Translations under genes and position numbers: made by a program
Notes under the pieces: model-generated
The model's database searches: none
Seen by the model: only the letters and a program-made list of their open reading frames with translations
What the model was told of the DNA's origin: nothing
From: Candidatus Methanoperedenaceae archaeon GB37
GTDB taxonomy: Archaea; Halobacteriota; Methanosarcinia; Methanosarcinales; EX4572-44
Assembly (NCBI GenBank): GCA_905171695.1
Contig: LR991653.1
Span: 1,146,150-1,210,149 of the forward strand
Length of the DNA: 64,000 bases
Direction of reading: 5' to 3'
Shown here: one piece after another, positions 30,594 to 41,544 of the stretch
Layout of the letters: each line of letters begins with the position of its first letter
How positions within the stretch are numbered: the stretch's first letter is position 1

Positions 30594-30920
30594 CCAATAT
30601 AAATCTTAACCCTCCCAAACTCAAGCTACCCATAAAATGTTGACCCAAGCAAAGACCGTTTCACCCAAGCGATATACTAAGCGATATAACAACCATAGAT
30701 GTATCTACTTGAATAAGAAACTATGGCAGAAGGCACGTATAAGGAGACTATACCCATATCACTACCACACAATCGAAGTCGAGATCACTCCACTGGACGT
30801 GTGAAAACTCTTGCTCACTTTAGCTATCACTGGCGTGGCTCTGCTTTTGCTCGCTATAACTCTTAAGACGACCCGTATCCTTGGGGCTTGGACTTGCAGG
30901 TCTGCCTTTTCTTGTGGCTT

Positions 30921-32519
30921 TTACTTGGATGTAGCCTGTGACTCTTGAACGCATTCGGCAACGAATTCAATAAAATCGTTTTTTATTTTTTCTTTATGTT
31001 TTGTCAAAATGGATGGTGCAAATAAGCGTAGATTAAAAGTCCTGGGATCTAAACTTTCTGTCGGTGCAGAAGGGATTGTACTGATAGGTACGGCACGTCC
31101 ACCATCCTGACAGATCAATGTATCATTGATTACTCTTTTCTCTCTTTCGGTTTGCTCAGCATCTTTTACAAAGGTTGGGACGTAAATAAATATCCTTGGT
31201 CTCAAAACTTCTTTTTGCGGTATGAGTCCCTTTATATTATTATCGATAGATTCCCAAAATTCTTGTTCTTTTTTCACTTTCAGATAGTAACCTAAAGCTA
31301 AGATGCTGCTTGCGAATTTACCAATTTCAGGATGTTCTTTCGAGTTTAAAGGAAAAGAGCATATTTCGGAATAGAGGTTTGTCGTTAGTAAAGACTCGAT
31401 AAGATTTATAATATCCTCTTTACCTGAAACTCTCAGCAAAAACAGCAATTCGTGGTCTGTAAGTTTTAACAAATTACGTATTATCAGATTGCCTTCCTGA
31501 GTTTTGTCTAGTTGAAAATCATCAATTAAGTAATATAATGCGTGACATATCATTTCATCTGCTGCTACTCTATCTATTTGTTCGTAGACTTCAGCGTACA
31601 TGTTTTTTCTTGCATTGATAATTTTAATACAATCTCCTATTGCATCTTTTGTATAGGCAAGCGAGAGGCGGTCATAAACTTTTTGTTTCTCATCTGTATA
31701 TCTGCATATCGTAGCAGATCGTGCATAGTCCAGTGGGTTTTCAATACTTGCTTTACCTACATGATAAGAATCTCTTGCTAAATAATCTATTCTATCAGCG
31801 TCAACCGCAGAATCAAAAAGATCTGTTAGATATATTAGCTGCCTATTAATTCCTTCATCGCAACCTAATAATTGTCCGATAAACTCATGATCTACTTCTA
31901 TGCTGTCCAACGCTCTTCGTATTGCAGAACTCTTATTATTTAATTCATCGCATATCAAAAGCTTATCCAGCTTCCGATAGTCTCCTCTCCCCTTTTTTGG
32001 AGAGATATAAGATTTTATTAATTCTAAAGAATGTCCACAGGGGCCGTGGCCAGCATCATGAAGCATGCCTGCTACTTTAGCGGATAAAATAGTTTCATCA
32101 TTTAAACTTCTGTCGGAATTTTGTAAATGGTTGCAAAATTCGCCGATTAAATATGATACTCCCAACGAATGTTCTAAACGCGAATGTAATGCACCTGGAT
32201 AAGCCATATAAGAAAAAGAAAGTTGTTTTATATAAGCCATTCTCTGAATATAAGCCATAGAATATATGTAGGATAATTTAGGCTCTAAATCTATTTGTGA
32301 ATAGATGGGTAGCTTTATTTTAGTTGTTTTTGTTGGTTCGAAGTTGGCCAAGGATTTTTCGTATCTGCTAACAAATGAATCCGAGAGATTTTTTAAGTCA
32401 TCTTTTGAAAATTCTCCTGTTGGTATTTTTGATAATTCTTTAATTTTAGATTGAACATATTGGTCATGTGCTTTTGCAGCTAGTTCTTCAAGTTTCTTGC
32501 CGATTTTATACTCTTTCAT
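30921..32519 (-). CDS. HD-superfamily phosphohydrolase, dNTP-triphosphohydrolase (SAMHD1/dGTPase)-like
   Basis: RMAYIKQL, SRLEHSLGV, LHDAGHGP, DADRIDYLARD. Visibly AT-rich compared with flanking genes. Confidence 0.85.
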   Translation of the reverse strand: MKEYKIGKKLEELAAKAHDQYVQSKIKELSKIPTGEFSKDDLKNLSDSFVSRYEKSLANFEPTKTTKIKLPIYSQIDLEPKLSYIYSMAYIQRMAYIKQLSFSYMAYPGALHSRLEHSLGVSYLIGEFCNHLQNSDRSLNDETILSAKVAGMLHDAGHGPCGHSLELIKSYISPKKGRGDYRKLDKLLICDELNNKSSAIRRALDSIEVDHEFIGQLLGCDEGINRQLIYLTDLFDSAVDADRIDYLARDSYHVGKASIENPLDYARSATICRYTDEKQKVYDRLSLAYTKDAIGDCIKIINARKNMYAEVYEQIDRVAADEMICHALYYLIDDFQLDKTQEGNLIIRNLLKLTDHELLFLLRVSGKEDIINLIESLLTTNLYSEICSFPLNSKEHPEIGKFASSILALGYYLKVKKEQEFWESIDNNIKGLIPQKEVLRPRIFIYVPTFVKDAEQTEREKRVINDTLICQDGGRAVPISTIPSAPTESLDPRTFNLRLFAPSILTKHKEKIKNDFIEFVAECVQESQATSK

Positions 32520-32548
32520 GTCTTCCTCTTATGATTCGATGCTAATAT

Positions 32549-33424
32549 TTATTGTAGCCAATCTTCTTTTTTCAGCAAATTAAGAATACATTCTATTTTC
32601 TTTGATTGTAATCTATAGATATTTTGAGGATTTTCGCACAAAATTTTTCTTATTTCTGAATCTCTTATAGTATTTTTATTGTCATTTCTCTTTTTAAGCT
32701 TTTTTACATCTATGTTACTTTTCACTTTTATTACAGGAATTGTTCTGCGGTTAAGAGGTAACAGAATATTATTGTAGGCTAAGAATCCAGCATCAGCCAT
32801 AATAACCTTTATTTTCCCATTTTGAGTTTCCAGATTTGATATTACTATCTCTTCCCAGATTTCCTTCTTTGGTTCGTTCTTCAACAACCGAGAAATTCGT
32901 GAGATTTATCAGAGTGTGCAGACAATATAGCCGACTTCAGAACCTCTAAGAGAATCATGGCAGAATTCTGCATCAAAAAATCCATCCTTTATCTTCTTCC
33001 CTTTCCTAAGCCTGTTTAAATCCACTATTGTTACAACCGTGGTCTCCAGTCCATAGATCTCGTCTGCTTCTTCTTTAACATTCCTTTTTATTATATTGTC
33101 TATCCTTACTTTTGTCCTGTGTGATTTCTTCCTGAAATCTTCTCAATCTTAGAATGATTTAAGCACTTTAAGCTTTAAAATGTCTCTCAACTCCATGTGG
33201 TCTCTCAGAAATGCGTAAAAGAGAATCAGAGATAACCCAAAGAAGAACCTCATAATCTCAACAATATAATATTCTATGATATAGTCGTCACACGTCTCTT
33301 TCGTCTTGAACATCCCTCTTGCCCTCTCCACAACAACCTCAGCAAACTCTAAAGCTACAAACCAAAATTCATCTTCTTCCATCTCTCCACTCTTGATCCT
33401 CTCCACCACACTTCTCAAAATCAT
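32549..33424 (-). pseudogene. Degenerate DDE (IS4/IS5-superfamily) transposase, copy 1
   Basis: Fragments include IKVIMADAGFLAY. 32686-33317 is the inverted near-identical partner of 53073-53714. Confidence 0.7.
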
Positions 33425-33638
33425 GAAAACTAATTAAATAAATCTGTTTTTAAATTTTTCCATTTTTAACACTTAATTCTTGATTTGAATTGTTTCCCTT
33501 GTTATTTTTGAATCACACTTTGCTGGAAATTAGAGATAACAATATGGAAATGTTTTAGTGCTTATCTAAACTTATTATGGATTCAGATGAAAGAGACCCT
33601 AAAACTATATTCCAGGACTATAATACTCTTCTTACACT

Positions 33639-34247
33639 GTGAGGAAGAAGCGTCTTGAGATCCTGCTTGAACGGGTAAGTGGTTTTGTATCGGCTGACCC
33701 TGTGAGAGAGCAGTACAAGACTCCTGCGGTCGTTGCTGCCGAGCTTCTCTTTTCTGCGTATATGAGGGGCGATATCGAGGATCGTATCGTCTTCGACCTT
33801 GGTTGTGGTACTGGTATTCTGGGGATCGGAGCTGAGCTTCTTGGTGCGCGGTCTGTGGTCGGTGTTGATTGTGATATTGAGGCGTTGAGGGTGGCGCGTG
33901 AGAACGCATCTCAGATGGGGTGTTCGAATATCAGTTTCGTCTCCTGTGATGTTGACCGGTTCTGTGGTCTTGGCGAGACCGTGGTTATGAATCCACCGTT
34001 TGGAGCGCAGGTTAGGGGTGGTGATCGCCCGTTCCTTGACTGTGCGGCTCGGGTTGGTGGTGTCATCTATTCGATTCATAATAAGGGCAGTAGTGATTTC
34101 GTGCAAAAGTATATCTCACCTTCTATCGTAACAGATGTGAAACTTGTGAAGTTCGCGATACCGCGCACATTTCGATTTCATAGAGATGATGTGAAGATGA
34201 TCGAGGTTGAGTTGTGTCGGATAGTGGTCTGTGATCGTCACAGGTGA
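33639..34247 (+). CDS. METTL5-family RNA N6-adenine methyltransferase
   Basis: EQYKTP, DLGCGTGILG, MNPPFG, FIxVD-like C-terminus. Confidence 0.9.
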   Translation: MRKKRLEILLERVSGFVSADPVREQYKTPAVVAAELLFSAYMRGDIEDRIVFDLGCGTGILGIGAELLGARSVVGVDCDIEALRVARENASQMGCSNISFVSCDVDRFCGLGETVVMNPPFGAQVRGGDRPFLDCAARVGGVIYSIHNKGSSDFVQKYISPSIVTDVKLVKFAIPRTFRFHRDDVKMIEVELCRIVVCDRHR

Positions 34248-34284
34248 TCAGATTTACAGATTTGTGGCTGGAGAGTGTTCTTAA

Positions 34285-34980
34285 TTGAGGATAAGTAGAA
34301 AGAGAATTACACAGCAGAAGAGCGGGAAGACCGTTGAGGGTAAACGCGTAAAGGAGAGGCATGGCAGGCCCAGATCGAAGGAAGGAGAGAGGGGGAAGGA
34401 TGTAGTCGAGGGTGAGCTTGTGGATCTGGGATTTGTGTTGCCTGGCGAGTTTGTAGGCACGAATGAAGAGTTTATCAGTGGTGAGCAGACCTTTGAGAGT
34501 GGTGGTAATATATATGCTGCAGTCACGGGTAATGCAAAGGTTGAGAGGTCAAAGAGAACGATCATGGTCAAGCCAGAGGTAAATATCTTGAACTACATCA
34601 ATGAGGGGGACATTGTGATCGGTCGGGTCGGAAGTATCAAAAGCATGGTGGCACTGGTGGATGTCGTGCATATAAAGGGCCGGGGTGAGCGTGAGATTGT
34701 CAACCTCGAACCTGCTGCAATCCACATCTCGAACATAAAGGATACGTATGTGAGGGAGATCTCAGAGGAGTTATGCCCGCTTGACATCGTGAAGGCGCGT
34801 GTGATAGATGTTACGAATATGCGGCTCACGATCGCTGATAGAGAGCTTGGAGTGATGAAGGCATTCTGCTCAGTATGCAGACAACCATTGAAGAAGAACG
34901 CCACCGGACTCCACTGTCTTTCATGCGGTAATAAAGAGTCACGCAAGACCTCGACAGAGTATGGAACAGGCATAATATAG
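34285..34980 (+). CDS. csl4: Exosome complex RNA-binding protein Csl4
   Basis: VLPGEFVG, S1 domain, Zn ribbon CSVC...CLSCG, ESRKTS. Start uncertain. Confidence 0.9.
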   Translation: MRISRKRITQQKSGKTVEGKRVKERHGRPRSKEGERGKDVVEGELVDLGFVLPGEFVGTNEEFISGEQTFESGGNIYAAVTGNAKVERSKRTIMVKPEVNILNYINEGDIVIGRVGSIKSMVALVDVVHIKGRGEREIVNLEPAAIHISNIKDTYVREISEELCPLDIVKARVIDVTNMRLTIADRELGVMKAFCSVCRQPLKKNATGLHCLSCGNKESRKTSTEYGTGII

Positions 34981-34996
34981 GAGGTTAGAGAGACAG

Positions 34997-35290
34997 ATGG
35001 ATATACGAGTCCTCAGTAAGAGAGAGAACGAACTTGAGCTTAGAATCGCTGGCGAGACCCATAGCCTCATGAATCTGCTCAAGGTTGAACTTCTCAATGA
35101 CGAGCAGATCGATGTTGCAACGTATGATATCAAACACACCACCATAGGTGACCCAGTGCTCTTCGTGAGAACGGTCTCGGATCGCGATCCGATCGACGCG
35201 GTGATCGAAGCATCCAAGCGGATCGATGCCCTCTGCGAGGATTTTAAAGAGGCATTTGAGAGGGTTGAACCCCCCGGGGATGAAGGGTGA
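34997..35290 (+). CDS. rpoL: DNA-directed RNA polymerase subunit Rpo11 (L)
   Basis: GETHSLMNLLK, ATYDIKH; conserved position after csl4. Confidence 0.92.
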   Translation: MDIRVLSKRENELELRIAGETHSLMNLLKVELLNDEQIDVATYDIKHTTIGDPVLFVRTVSDRDPIDAVIEASKRIDALCEDFKEAFERVEPPGDEG

Positions 35291-35314
35291 AGGGTGAAGA
35301 GAGACATTCATCCC

Positions 35315-35854
35315 TTAAGGGTTCAGTGCAGCAAGATACGTGTTATAGGCATCTAGTGTGTGCAGAACAAGGACGATTCTCTCTGGCTTCGTGTAGGTAT
35401 CGAGGTGCTCTGTAATCGTTTTTATGGCTATTGGCGCGGCTCTTTCGAGTGGATACCCATATGTACCCGTGCTGATTGAAGGAAAAGCGATCGAGCCTAT
35501 CCTGTACTCTCTTGCAAGCGAGAGGCTCTCGCTGTACGACTCTCTGAGAAGCTCTGCCTCTCCCTTCTCTCCGCCGTGCCAGATCGGACCCACCGTGTGA
35601 ATCACGTACCGTGCCCTCAGGTCTCCACCGCCTGTTATCACTGCTTTGCCTGTGGGGCATCCACCACGGGTCTTCCTGATCTTCTCGCACTCTCGGGCGA
35701 GGCTTGGTCCTGCTGCGCGATGTATCGCGCCGTCAACGCCACCGCCTCCTGAGAGGGTGTTATTTGCAGCGTTCACGATCGCCTCGACGTCAATTTCTGT
35801 GATATCTCCCACGATCAACTTGAGGGTGCCGTGCTTGAATCGCTTTTGATACAT
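35315..35854 (-). CDS. Macro domain protein (O-acetyl-ADP-ribose deacetylase-like)
   Basis: GDIT, AIVNAAN..L.GGGGVDGAIH, HTVGP, FPSISTG.YGYP. Start at ATG 35854. Confidence 0.92.
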   Translation of the reverse strand: MYQKRFKHGTLKLIVGDITEIDVEAIVNAANNTLSGGGGVDGAIHRAAGPSLARECEKIRKTRGGCPTGKAVITGGGDLRARYVIHTVGPIWHGGEKGEAELLRESYSESLSLAREYRIGSIAFPSISTGTYGYPLERAAPIAIKTITEHLDTYTKPERIVLVLHTLDAYNTYLAALNP

Positions 35855-35856
35855 AT

Positions 35857-37578
35857 TTATCTGTGTGCAAAGTATGCTGTAACTATTCCGTCTTTCATTG
35901 AGTCGATTCGTACAAATCCGTATCGTTCGAACTGTACCACTCGTCCGATGGACTCTGCTATTCCAGGTTCTCCTATCCCGCTCTCTCTTCCCTTTACCGT
36001 GAGTACTTCGACCCTGATTCCGTCTGGTGGTGCCCAGTGGATTATGCGACATTTTTTTTCACGGATGATATCTATTTCTCCTTTTGTATACTCTGCCTCG
36101 ATCACTTTATTTATTTTAGTTATTCTGATGTTATATAGGTCTTTTAACCTCAGTAATTCGTTGTTTTTCAGTTTTTCCGCGTCTTCACGGCTTATCATGA
36201 CCTCGTTCTTCACTGGTATGGTTCGGTGTCCGCGTCTTGTCTCTGGTGGGTGGAGGAGTGGTTTTGCCACAGTGGGTGGTGCGTCTTTGATCCTGACTCG
36301 CACAGGATTGGGTGTGAAGAAGTATCGTCTCGCGGTCCTGTCGACTATCTTTCGGTTCTCTCCGTAGATATTCTCCATGCTAAGCTCGATATCTGTCTCG
36401 TTCACTCCGAGTCCGATGAAGAATCTGCGCAGCGCTTCTCTCTGAATGCCACGTCTGCGGAGTGATCGTATGGTCGGGAGACGGGGGTCATCCCACCCGG
36501 TGTATCTGCCTCTTCTGATCGCTGCGCCAATCTCGCTCGTGCTCAGTCTTCCGAACTCATGTATCTTCACCCTCCCCCAGTGAAGAGTTCTCGGGTACTC
36601 CCAGTTGAAGTACCTGTAGATGTATCGCTGGCGATTCTCACTGTCGATCAGGTCTTTTCCGCGGATTATGTGTGTGATCTTCAGCAGATGGTCTTCGACT
36701 GCTGATTCGAAGTCGAGGAGGGGCCAGACTCTGTAGCGGTCACCTATCTCTGGCCGGGGGTGTGGCGTATCAACGATTCGGAAGGCAACCCAGTCCCTGA
36801 TTGCAGGATTGCGGTGTCCCATATCGGTCTTCACTCGCAGAACAGCCCTTCCAGCCTCAACTGCTCCACCAAGCATCTCTCTCCACCGATCAAGATTCTC
36901 TCCAGTGCTCTCTTCCCTGTGTGGACATGGCTCCCCCTTATCCCTATACTCTTTGAACTCACTCTGAGAACAGGAGCACACGTAACCACCGCCCTTCTCG
37001 ATCAACTCTCTTGCATGATCATAATAGATCTCGAGACGGTCTGAGGCAATGATCACCTCGTCTGGCTCTGCACCGAGCCATCTGCAGTCCTCGAGGTACC
37101 ACGTGTAGGCATCAGGGAGCGGGGGCTTCGTCTTGGGATCGGTGTCATCGAACCTGAGTATGAACCTGCCATTGTACCGCCTCACATACTCTGAGTTGAC
37201 GATTATGCCGCGGGCACTCCCGAGCGTGGGTGGACCGTTCGGGTTGGGTGCAAAGCGCATCGTCACACCACCCTCTGCGCCAGCGAGAGGCGGCAAGCCC
37301 TTCTCAGGCTCTCTCTTCTCACCGAGTTCTTCGAGGAGTTCAGGCGCGATCGTGGCAAGCTCGCTCTCCCACTCTCTATACCCGGTCTTCGAGACCTCGT
37401 CCACCACGATCGCAACCAGCTCTGCGACGATCTTTGCATCTGAGCGAAGCCATGGGTGTGAGCCCATCAATCGTCCCATAACAGAGCCTATAGCGGGCGG
37501 CTTGGCATACTTCAACGCATTGAATAGTGCATACTTTCTTGCAAGCAGAAGCACCTCTCTCTCGTCAAACTCGCTCAT
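35857..37578 (-). CDS. gltX: Glutamyl-tRNA synthetase (archaeal type)
   Basis: RFAPNPNGPPTLGS, RFDDTDP, THIIRGKD, LSTS, QFERYGFVR. Confidence 0.96.
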   Translation of the reverse strand: MSEFDEREVLLLARKYALFNALKYAKPPAIGSVMGRLMGSHPWLRSDAKIVAELVAIVVDEVSKTGYREWESELATIAPELLEELGEKREPEKGLPPLAGAEGGVTMRFAPNPNGPPTLGSARGIIVNSEYVRRYNGRFILRFDDTDPKTKPPLPDAYTWYLEDCRWLGAEPDEVIIASDRLEIYYDHARELIEKGGGYVCSCSQSEFKEYRDKGEPCPHREESTGENLDRWREMLGGAVEAGRAVLRVKTDMGHRNPAIRDWVAFRIVDTPHPRPEIGDRYRVWPLLDFESAVEDHLLKITHIIRGKDLIDSENRQRYIYRYFNWEYPRTLHWGRVKIHEFGRLSTSEIGAAIRRGRYTGWDDPRLPTIRSLRRRGIQREALRRFFIGLGVNETDIELSMENIYGENRKIVDRTARRYFFTPNPVRVRIKDAPPTVAKPLLHPPETRRGHRTIPVKNEVMISREDAEKLKNNELLRLKDLYNIRITKINKVIEAEYTKGEIDIIREKKCRIIHWAPPDGIRVEVLTVKGRESGIGEPGIAESIGRVVQFERYGFVRIDSMKDGIVTAYFAHR

Positions 37579-37629
37579 ACCATTCCAAGCCTAGCAAAAA
37601 GCTATCCATCTGGCAATCATTAGCCATTC

Positions 37630-38199
37630 TTACCTGCTGATCAGCTCGATTGTGTCACAGATCTTCTTTATAGTGGCTCTCGCAGTCTCCATCCCAAGAG
37701 TGTCATCTGCCGCTTCCCGTTGGACCGTGCCACCGAAGTGACTGTTATCACCGACCACTATCATGCCATGTATATGCATCCACGCATGAATGGTCTGAAT
37801 GGTCGTCTCCTGACCACCATTACGTGAACCACCCACAGCAGCAGCGCCGCCAACCTTATTCTTAAGTGCAAAACCTGCTCTTCGCAACGGGAGCGTACGA
37901 TCAAAGAAAGCCTTCAACTGCGCCGTGAGAGTACCAAAGTAGACAGGGCTGACAACGAAGAAGCCATCCGCTTCCTCAAGGAGATCATAGATTCCTACCA
38001 TGTCATCCGTAATAGAACACCCCTTCTCGTCCCGACACGTGCCACAATCACTACACGGCGCAACATCGAGACCCGCGGGGTCAATCCTCTCAACCTCAAA
38101 ACCACGCTCTTCTGCCAGGGCAAGACACGTCTCAACGATCCTTGCACTGTTCCCATCCTCATTCGGACTGCCAGAGATACCAACGATCTTCAAATTCAC
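37630..38199 (-). CDS. Iron-sulfur flavoprotein (Isf)/flavodoxin family
   Basis: GISGSP, CSDCGTC...C cluster motif, SPVYFG, GGSRNGGQE. Start taken at GTG 38199. Confidence 0.9.
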   Translation of the reverse strand: MNLKIVGISGSPNEDGNSARIVETCLALAEERGFEVERIDPAGLDVAPCSDCGTCRDEKGCSITDDMVGIYDLLEEADGFFVVSPVYFGTLTAQLKAFFDRTLPLRRAGFALKNKVGGAAAVGGSRNGGQETTIQTIHAWMHIHGMIVVGDNSHFGGTVQREAADDTLGMETARATIKKICDTIELISR

Positions 38200-38273
38200 A
38201 TCACTCCAGAAAGATCGATACTCAAGAGAGAAGAGAGATCGTCTGGCATCGTTTAATACCTTTACGATCTCTA

Positions 38274-39920
38274 CTAAGGAGAGTGAACGATCCATGGTAT
38301 GGCGATCATCAGGAAGAATGATGAGAATATCGTTACCGCAAAGAGCGTCACGATCTTACGGGATAACTCTTCAGAGCGAGCTCTGTCTTTCAGACGTAGG
38401 TTGAATATGCTGCCGAGTGCGTCTTTGAAGACGTGTCCGCCGTCGAGCGGGACTGCTGGCAGACAGTTGAAGAGCCCGACATAGAAGTTGATCCATGCAA
38501 TCCAGAGAGTGGCGCTGATAATCCAGAATATCGCGTCTCCGAACGGTTCTGCTGCTCCGATCGGTTCATAGAAGTTGACAAGGATCTTGTGACTTGGGAA
38601 GCCTTCACCCCCAAGACCCATTATCGGGAGTGTGAATATGATGAACCAGCCTTCGATTCCTCTGAGTTTGGATGGGATCCTCTGGAGTGCTTGGAGGTAT
38701 TCGCTTGCAGGGAACTCGCCGATGGTGGCTCCGTTGAAGAGAAGACCTCTGCCTATCCGGGGCGAGATTCCCAGGAAACCCTTTTGAGATCCGTCAGGGT
38801 GTGCACCCAGAGTTATATTGAAGACCTGGGTACGGTTGGAGGTCGTATTGAATACCTCAACTTGAACGGTCTGACCTGCGCGAGTATCCTCCATAAAACT
38901 GGCAAAATCGGCAAAAGACCCAATTCTTCTCTCATCGATTCTCTTTAGAACCATATTCTCGGTGAGTCCAGCTGACTCGGCAGCAGAACCTCTAACAACA
39001 CTATCGATCAGAAGACCGCTCTCCTTCCCTTCATCACTCCTCTCAGCAGGCATGCTTATATTCCTTGCACTGCCATCGTCGAGCACTCGAAGCGTTATCT
39101 CTGAATCAGGATCCACCCCACTCGCTTTGAGGATGAACTCGCCTGCAGACTTGATTCTCTCACCGTTAACATGTGTGATTGCCATGCCAGGCTCAAGCCC
39201 GACAGCATCGGCAGGAGTACCGTCTTCAACACCGACTACCATCACCCTCTCAGATGGTGCGACAAGACCGAGTGCAGCAAAGAAGATCATGAATGCGATA
39301 AAGGCTGTTACGAAATTAGACATCACACCCGCTGAGAGTATGCGCATACGTTCAGCCTTGCTCGCAACCTTCCCGCCACCAGTCCCTGACTTGCCCATGA
39401 GTTCTTCTTCGTCAGGCTCTGCAAAACCGCCAATCGGTATCGGTGCCAGCAGAATGCCCATCGATTTGACTCGAACACCCTCTACCTTGCAGAGGACGGC
39501 GTGCGAGAACTCGTGAACGATGAGAGTGACTGCGAGACCCAGGAGACCCCATGTAAGCGGTATGAACTCGCTCAAGCCAGGTATCAGAAAGATGTTTCTC
39601 GGTTCGTTGAACTTCCCAGGTTCCGGGATCGTTCCACTCTGAAGTTGTGTAATGAGTACATAATCCGCGAGCACGACGATCGCAAGCATTGAAAGCATGC
39701 CGATGAACATCACAGGTATGCCAATACTTGCGAAGGCTCTCCAGAACAACTTTGCTCTCCCGAGAAGGTCGAGAAACCCCTGACCACGCATTGTCCGTAC
39801 CATCAGGACAGGACCCCACGCTGTGATGTTATACCTCTCAAGAATACCTCTTCTACTTAGAAAAGCGACAAGAGCCCAGTAGAGGACGAAGAGATAGATG
39901 TAGAGAGAGATATGCTTCAA
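38274..39920 (-). CDS. Site-2 protease (M50) with PDZ domains
   Basis: HEFSH, AGVMSN, NCLPAVPLDGGH, two PDZ-like segments. Confidence 0.92.
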   Translation of the reverse strand: MKHISLYIYLFVLYWALVAFLSRRGILERYNITAWGPVLMVRTMRGQGFLDLLGRAKLFWRAFASIGIPVMFIGMLSMLAIVVLADYVLITQLQSGTIPEPGKFNEPRNIFLIPGLSEFIPLTWGLLGLAVTLIVHEFSHAVLCKVEGVRVKSMGILLAPIPIGGFAEPDEEELMGKSGTGGGKVASKAERMRILSAGVMSNFVTAFIAFMIFFAALGLVAPSERVMVVGVEDGTPADAVGLEPGMAITHVNGERIKSAGEFILKASGVDPDSEITLRVLDDGSARNISMPAERSDEGKESGLLIDSVVRGSAAESAGLTENMVLKRIDERRIGSFADFASFMEDTRAGQTVQVEVFNTTSNRTQVFNITLGAHPDGSQKGFLGISPRIGRGLLFNGATIGEFPASEYLQALQRIPSKLRGIEGWFIIFTLPIMGLGGEGFPSHKILVNFYEPIGAAEPFGDAIFWIISATLWIAWINFYVGLFNCLPAVPLDGGHVFKDALGSIFNLRLKDRARSEELSRKIVTLFAVTIFSSFFLMIAIPWIVHSP

Positions 39921-40032
39921 AACTCAACCACCAGAGAGGATGAAACAGAGATTGATACCCATTACACGCACGATTCATATACACTGAACCACGTATATAT
40001 AACCACTGACAGCAAAATCTGGATCGTTAGAT

Positions 40033-41544
40033 ATGCGATCGGTAATCATTGACGGATACGTGGACGAACCAGCATGTCTCGGCGTTCCACCCTACACATC
40101 CCCCTACCCAAGATACATCGCAGGAGCCATGATCGACGCTGGAGCAAAACCAAGAGACGTGCACTACTACACAATCGACCAGCTCCGAGCCGAACCCGGG
40201 ATCATAGGTATAATGGATCGAGCAGACCTGATCGTCGTCGTCGCTGGACTAACAGTCCCAGGCCGCTACTTGAACGCAAAACCCATAACCATCCGTGAAG
40301 TAGGAGACTTTATAGCACGCTACAATGAAAAAATCCTCGTCGGAGGACCCATACGCCTGAGCCACGAATCAGTGCTGAGAAGTGAGTATGTTGCAGAGAA
40401 AGACCTTGAAGCACGAGTCTTTGACCGCCTCACCGAGAAGAGCGAGACAGATCGCTGGCGCAGAACAAGTGAAGTCAAACGATGGAGCGTGAAAGGCGCG
40501 CAGATAATACAGAGACACCCACACTTCCCACACATCATGTGTGAGATCGAGACGTACCGCGGGTGCCCAAGAGAGAGACACTGCTCCTTCTGCACAGAAC
40601 CACTCTACCCGCACTCCTCACGAGAGATCCATGACGTGGTGGACGAAGTCAGAGCACTCTACGAGTCCGGTGCAAGATACTTCAGAATCGGAAGACAACC
40701 CGACCTCTTCAGCTACAAGAGAATCGAAACCAACAGCGGATTCAAACCAGACCCCACCGCAATAGAGAAGCTCTACAGAGGCATCAGAAGAGCCGCACCA
40801 GAACTCAAGGTGCTTCACATGGACAACCTCAATCCTGCAACCATAATAGAATACCCAGACGAATCAAGAGAGATCGCAAAGACCATCATCAAATACCACA
40901 CTCCAGGCGACGTGGCAGCAATGGGCGTTGAGAGCAGCGACCCGAGAGTGATCCGCGAGAACAACCTCCAAGTATACCCGGAAGACGTGATAAAAGCCGT
41001 TGAACTGATAAACGAAGTAGGATCCATCCGGGGTGAAAACGGACTACCAGAACTCCTACCAGGGATAAACCTTCTCTACGGCTTGAAAGGCGAGAGCAAG
41101 AGAACATATCAACACAACCTCGAACTACTCCAGCGAATACACGAGAAAGGTCTTCTACTCCGCCGAATAAACATCAGAAAGGCAATGAGATTCAAAGAGA
41201 CCCCACTCGGAGAGACCAAGGTCCACATCGAGAAGAAGCTCTTTTACCACCACAGAGAGACAATCAAACGAAGAATCGAAGTCCCGATGCTAAAAGAGAT
41301 AGCACCCAAAGGAACCATAATAAAAGAGATCCTAACCGAAGCACACCATGGCAGATTCACACTCGGACGCCAAATAGCATCCTACCCACTCCTGATAAAG
41401 ATAGAAGGGATACTGAAACTCGGGATCTTCGTGGACGCAGCAGTGACAGGGCACAGCCATCGCTCACTAACAGCCATACCGGTGGGGAGGATGCGAAATA
41501 TTGAAGTAGGATCAGAGCCAACTCACCGTCTCTCAGGATACTGA
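40033..41544 (+). CDS. Archaeal radical SAM protein (CX5CX2C) with C-terminal TRAM-like region
   Basis: DGYVDEPACLGVPPY, EIETYRGCPRERHCSFC, GRQIASYP. The last ~21 codons lie inside the rps8e-associated repeat. Confidence 0.85.
   Translation: MRSVIIDGYVDEPACLGVPPYTSPYPRYIAGAMIDAGAKPRDVHYYTIDQLRAEPGIIGIMDRADLIVVVAGLTVPGRYLNAKPITIREVGDFIARYNEKILVGGPIRLSHESVLRSEYVAEKDLEARVFDRLTEKSETDRWRRTSEVKRWSVKGAQIIQRHPHFPHIMCEIETYRGCPRERHCSFCTEPLYPHSSREIHDVVDEVRALYESGARYFRIGRQPDLFSYKRIETNSGFKPDPTAIEKLYRGIRRAAPELKVLHMDNLNPATIIEYPDESREIAKTIIKYHTPGDVAAMGVESSDPRVIRENNLQVYPEDVIKAVELINEVGSIRGENGLPELLPGINLLYGLKGESKRTYQHNLELLQRIHEKGLLLRRINIRKAMRFKETPLGETKVHIEKKLFYHHRETIKRRIEVPMLKEIAPKGTIIKEILTEAHHGRFTLGRQIASYPLLIKIEGILKLGIFVDAAVTGHSHRSLTAIPVGRMRNIEVGSEPTHRLSGY

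Noticed and set aside
30637-30900. Short + strand ORF with an imperfect 12-bp duplication, a CCATAG/CTATGG inverted repeat and a hydrophobic stretch after a stop
   Set aside because: No recognisable family. It could be a membrane-protein remnant, but the evidence is too weak to call a gene or RNA.
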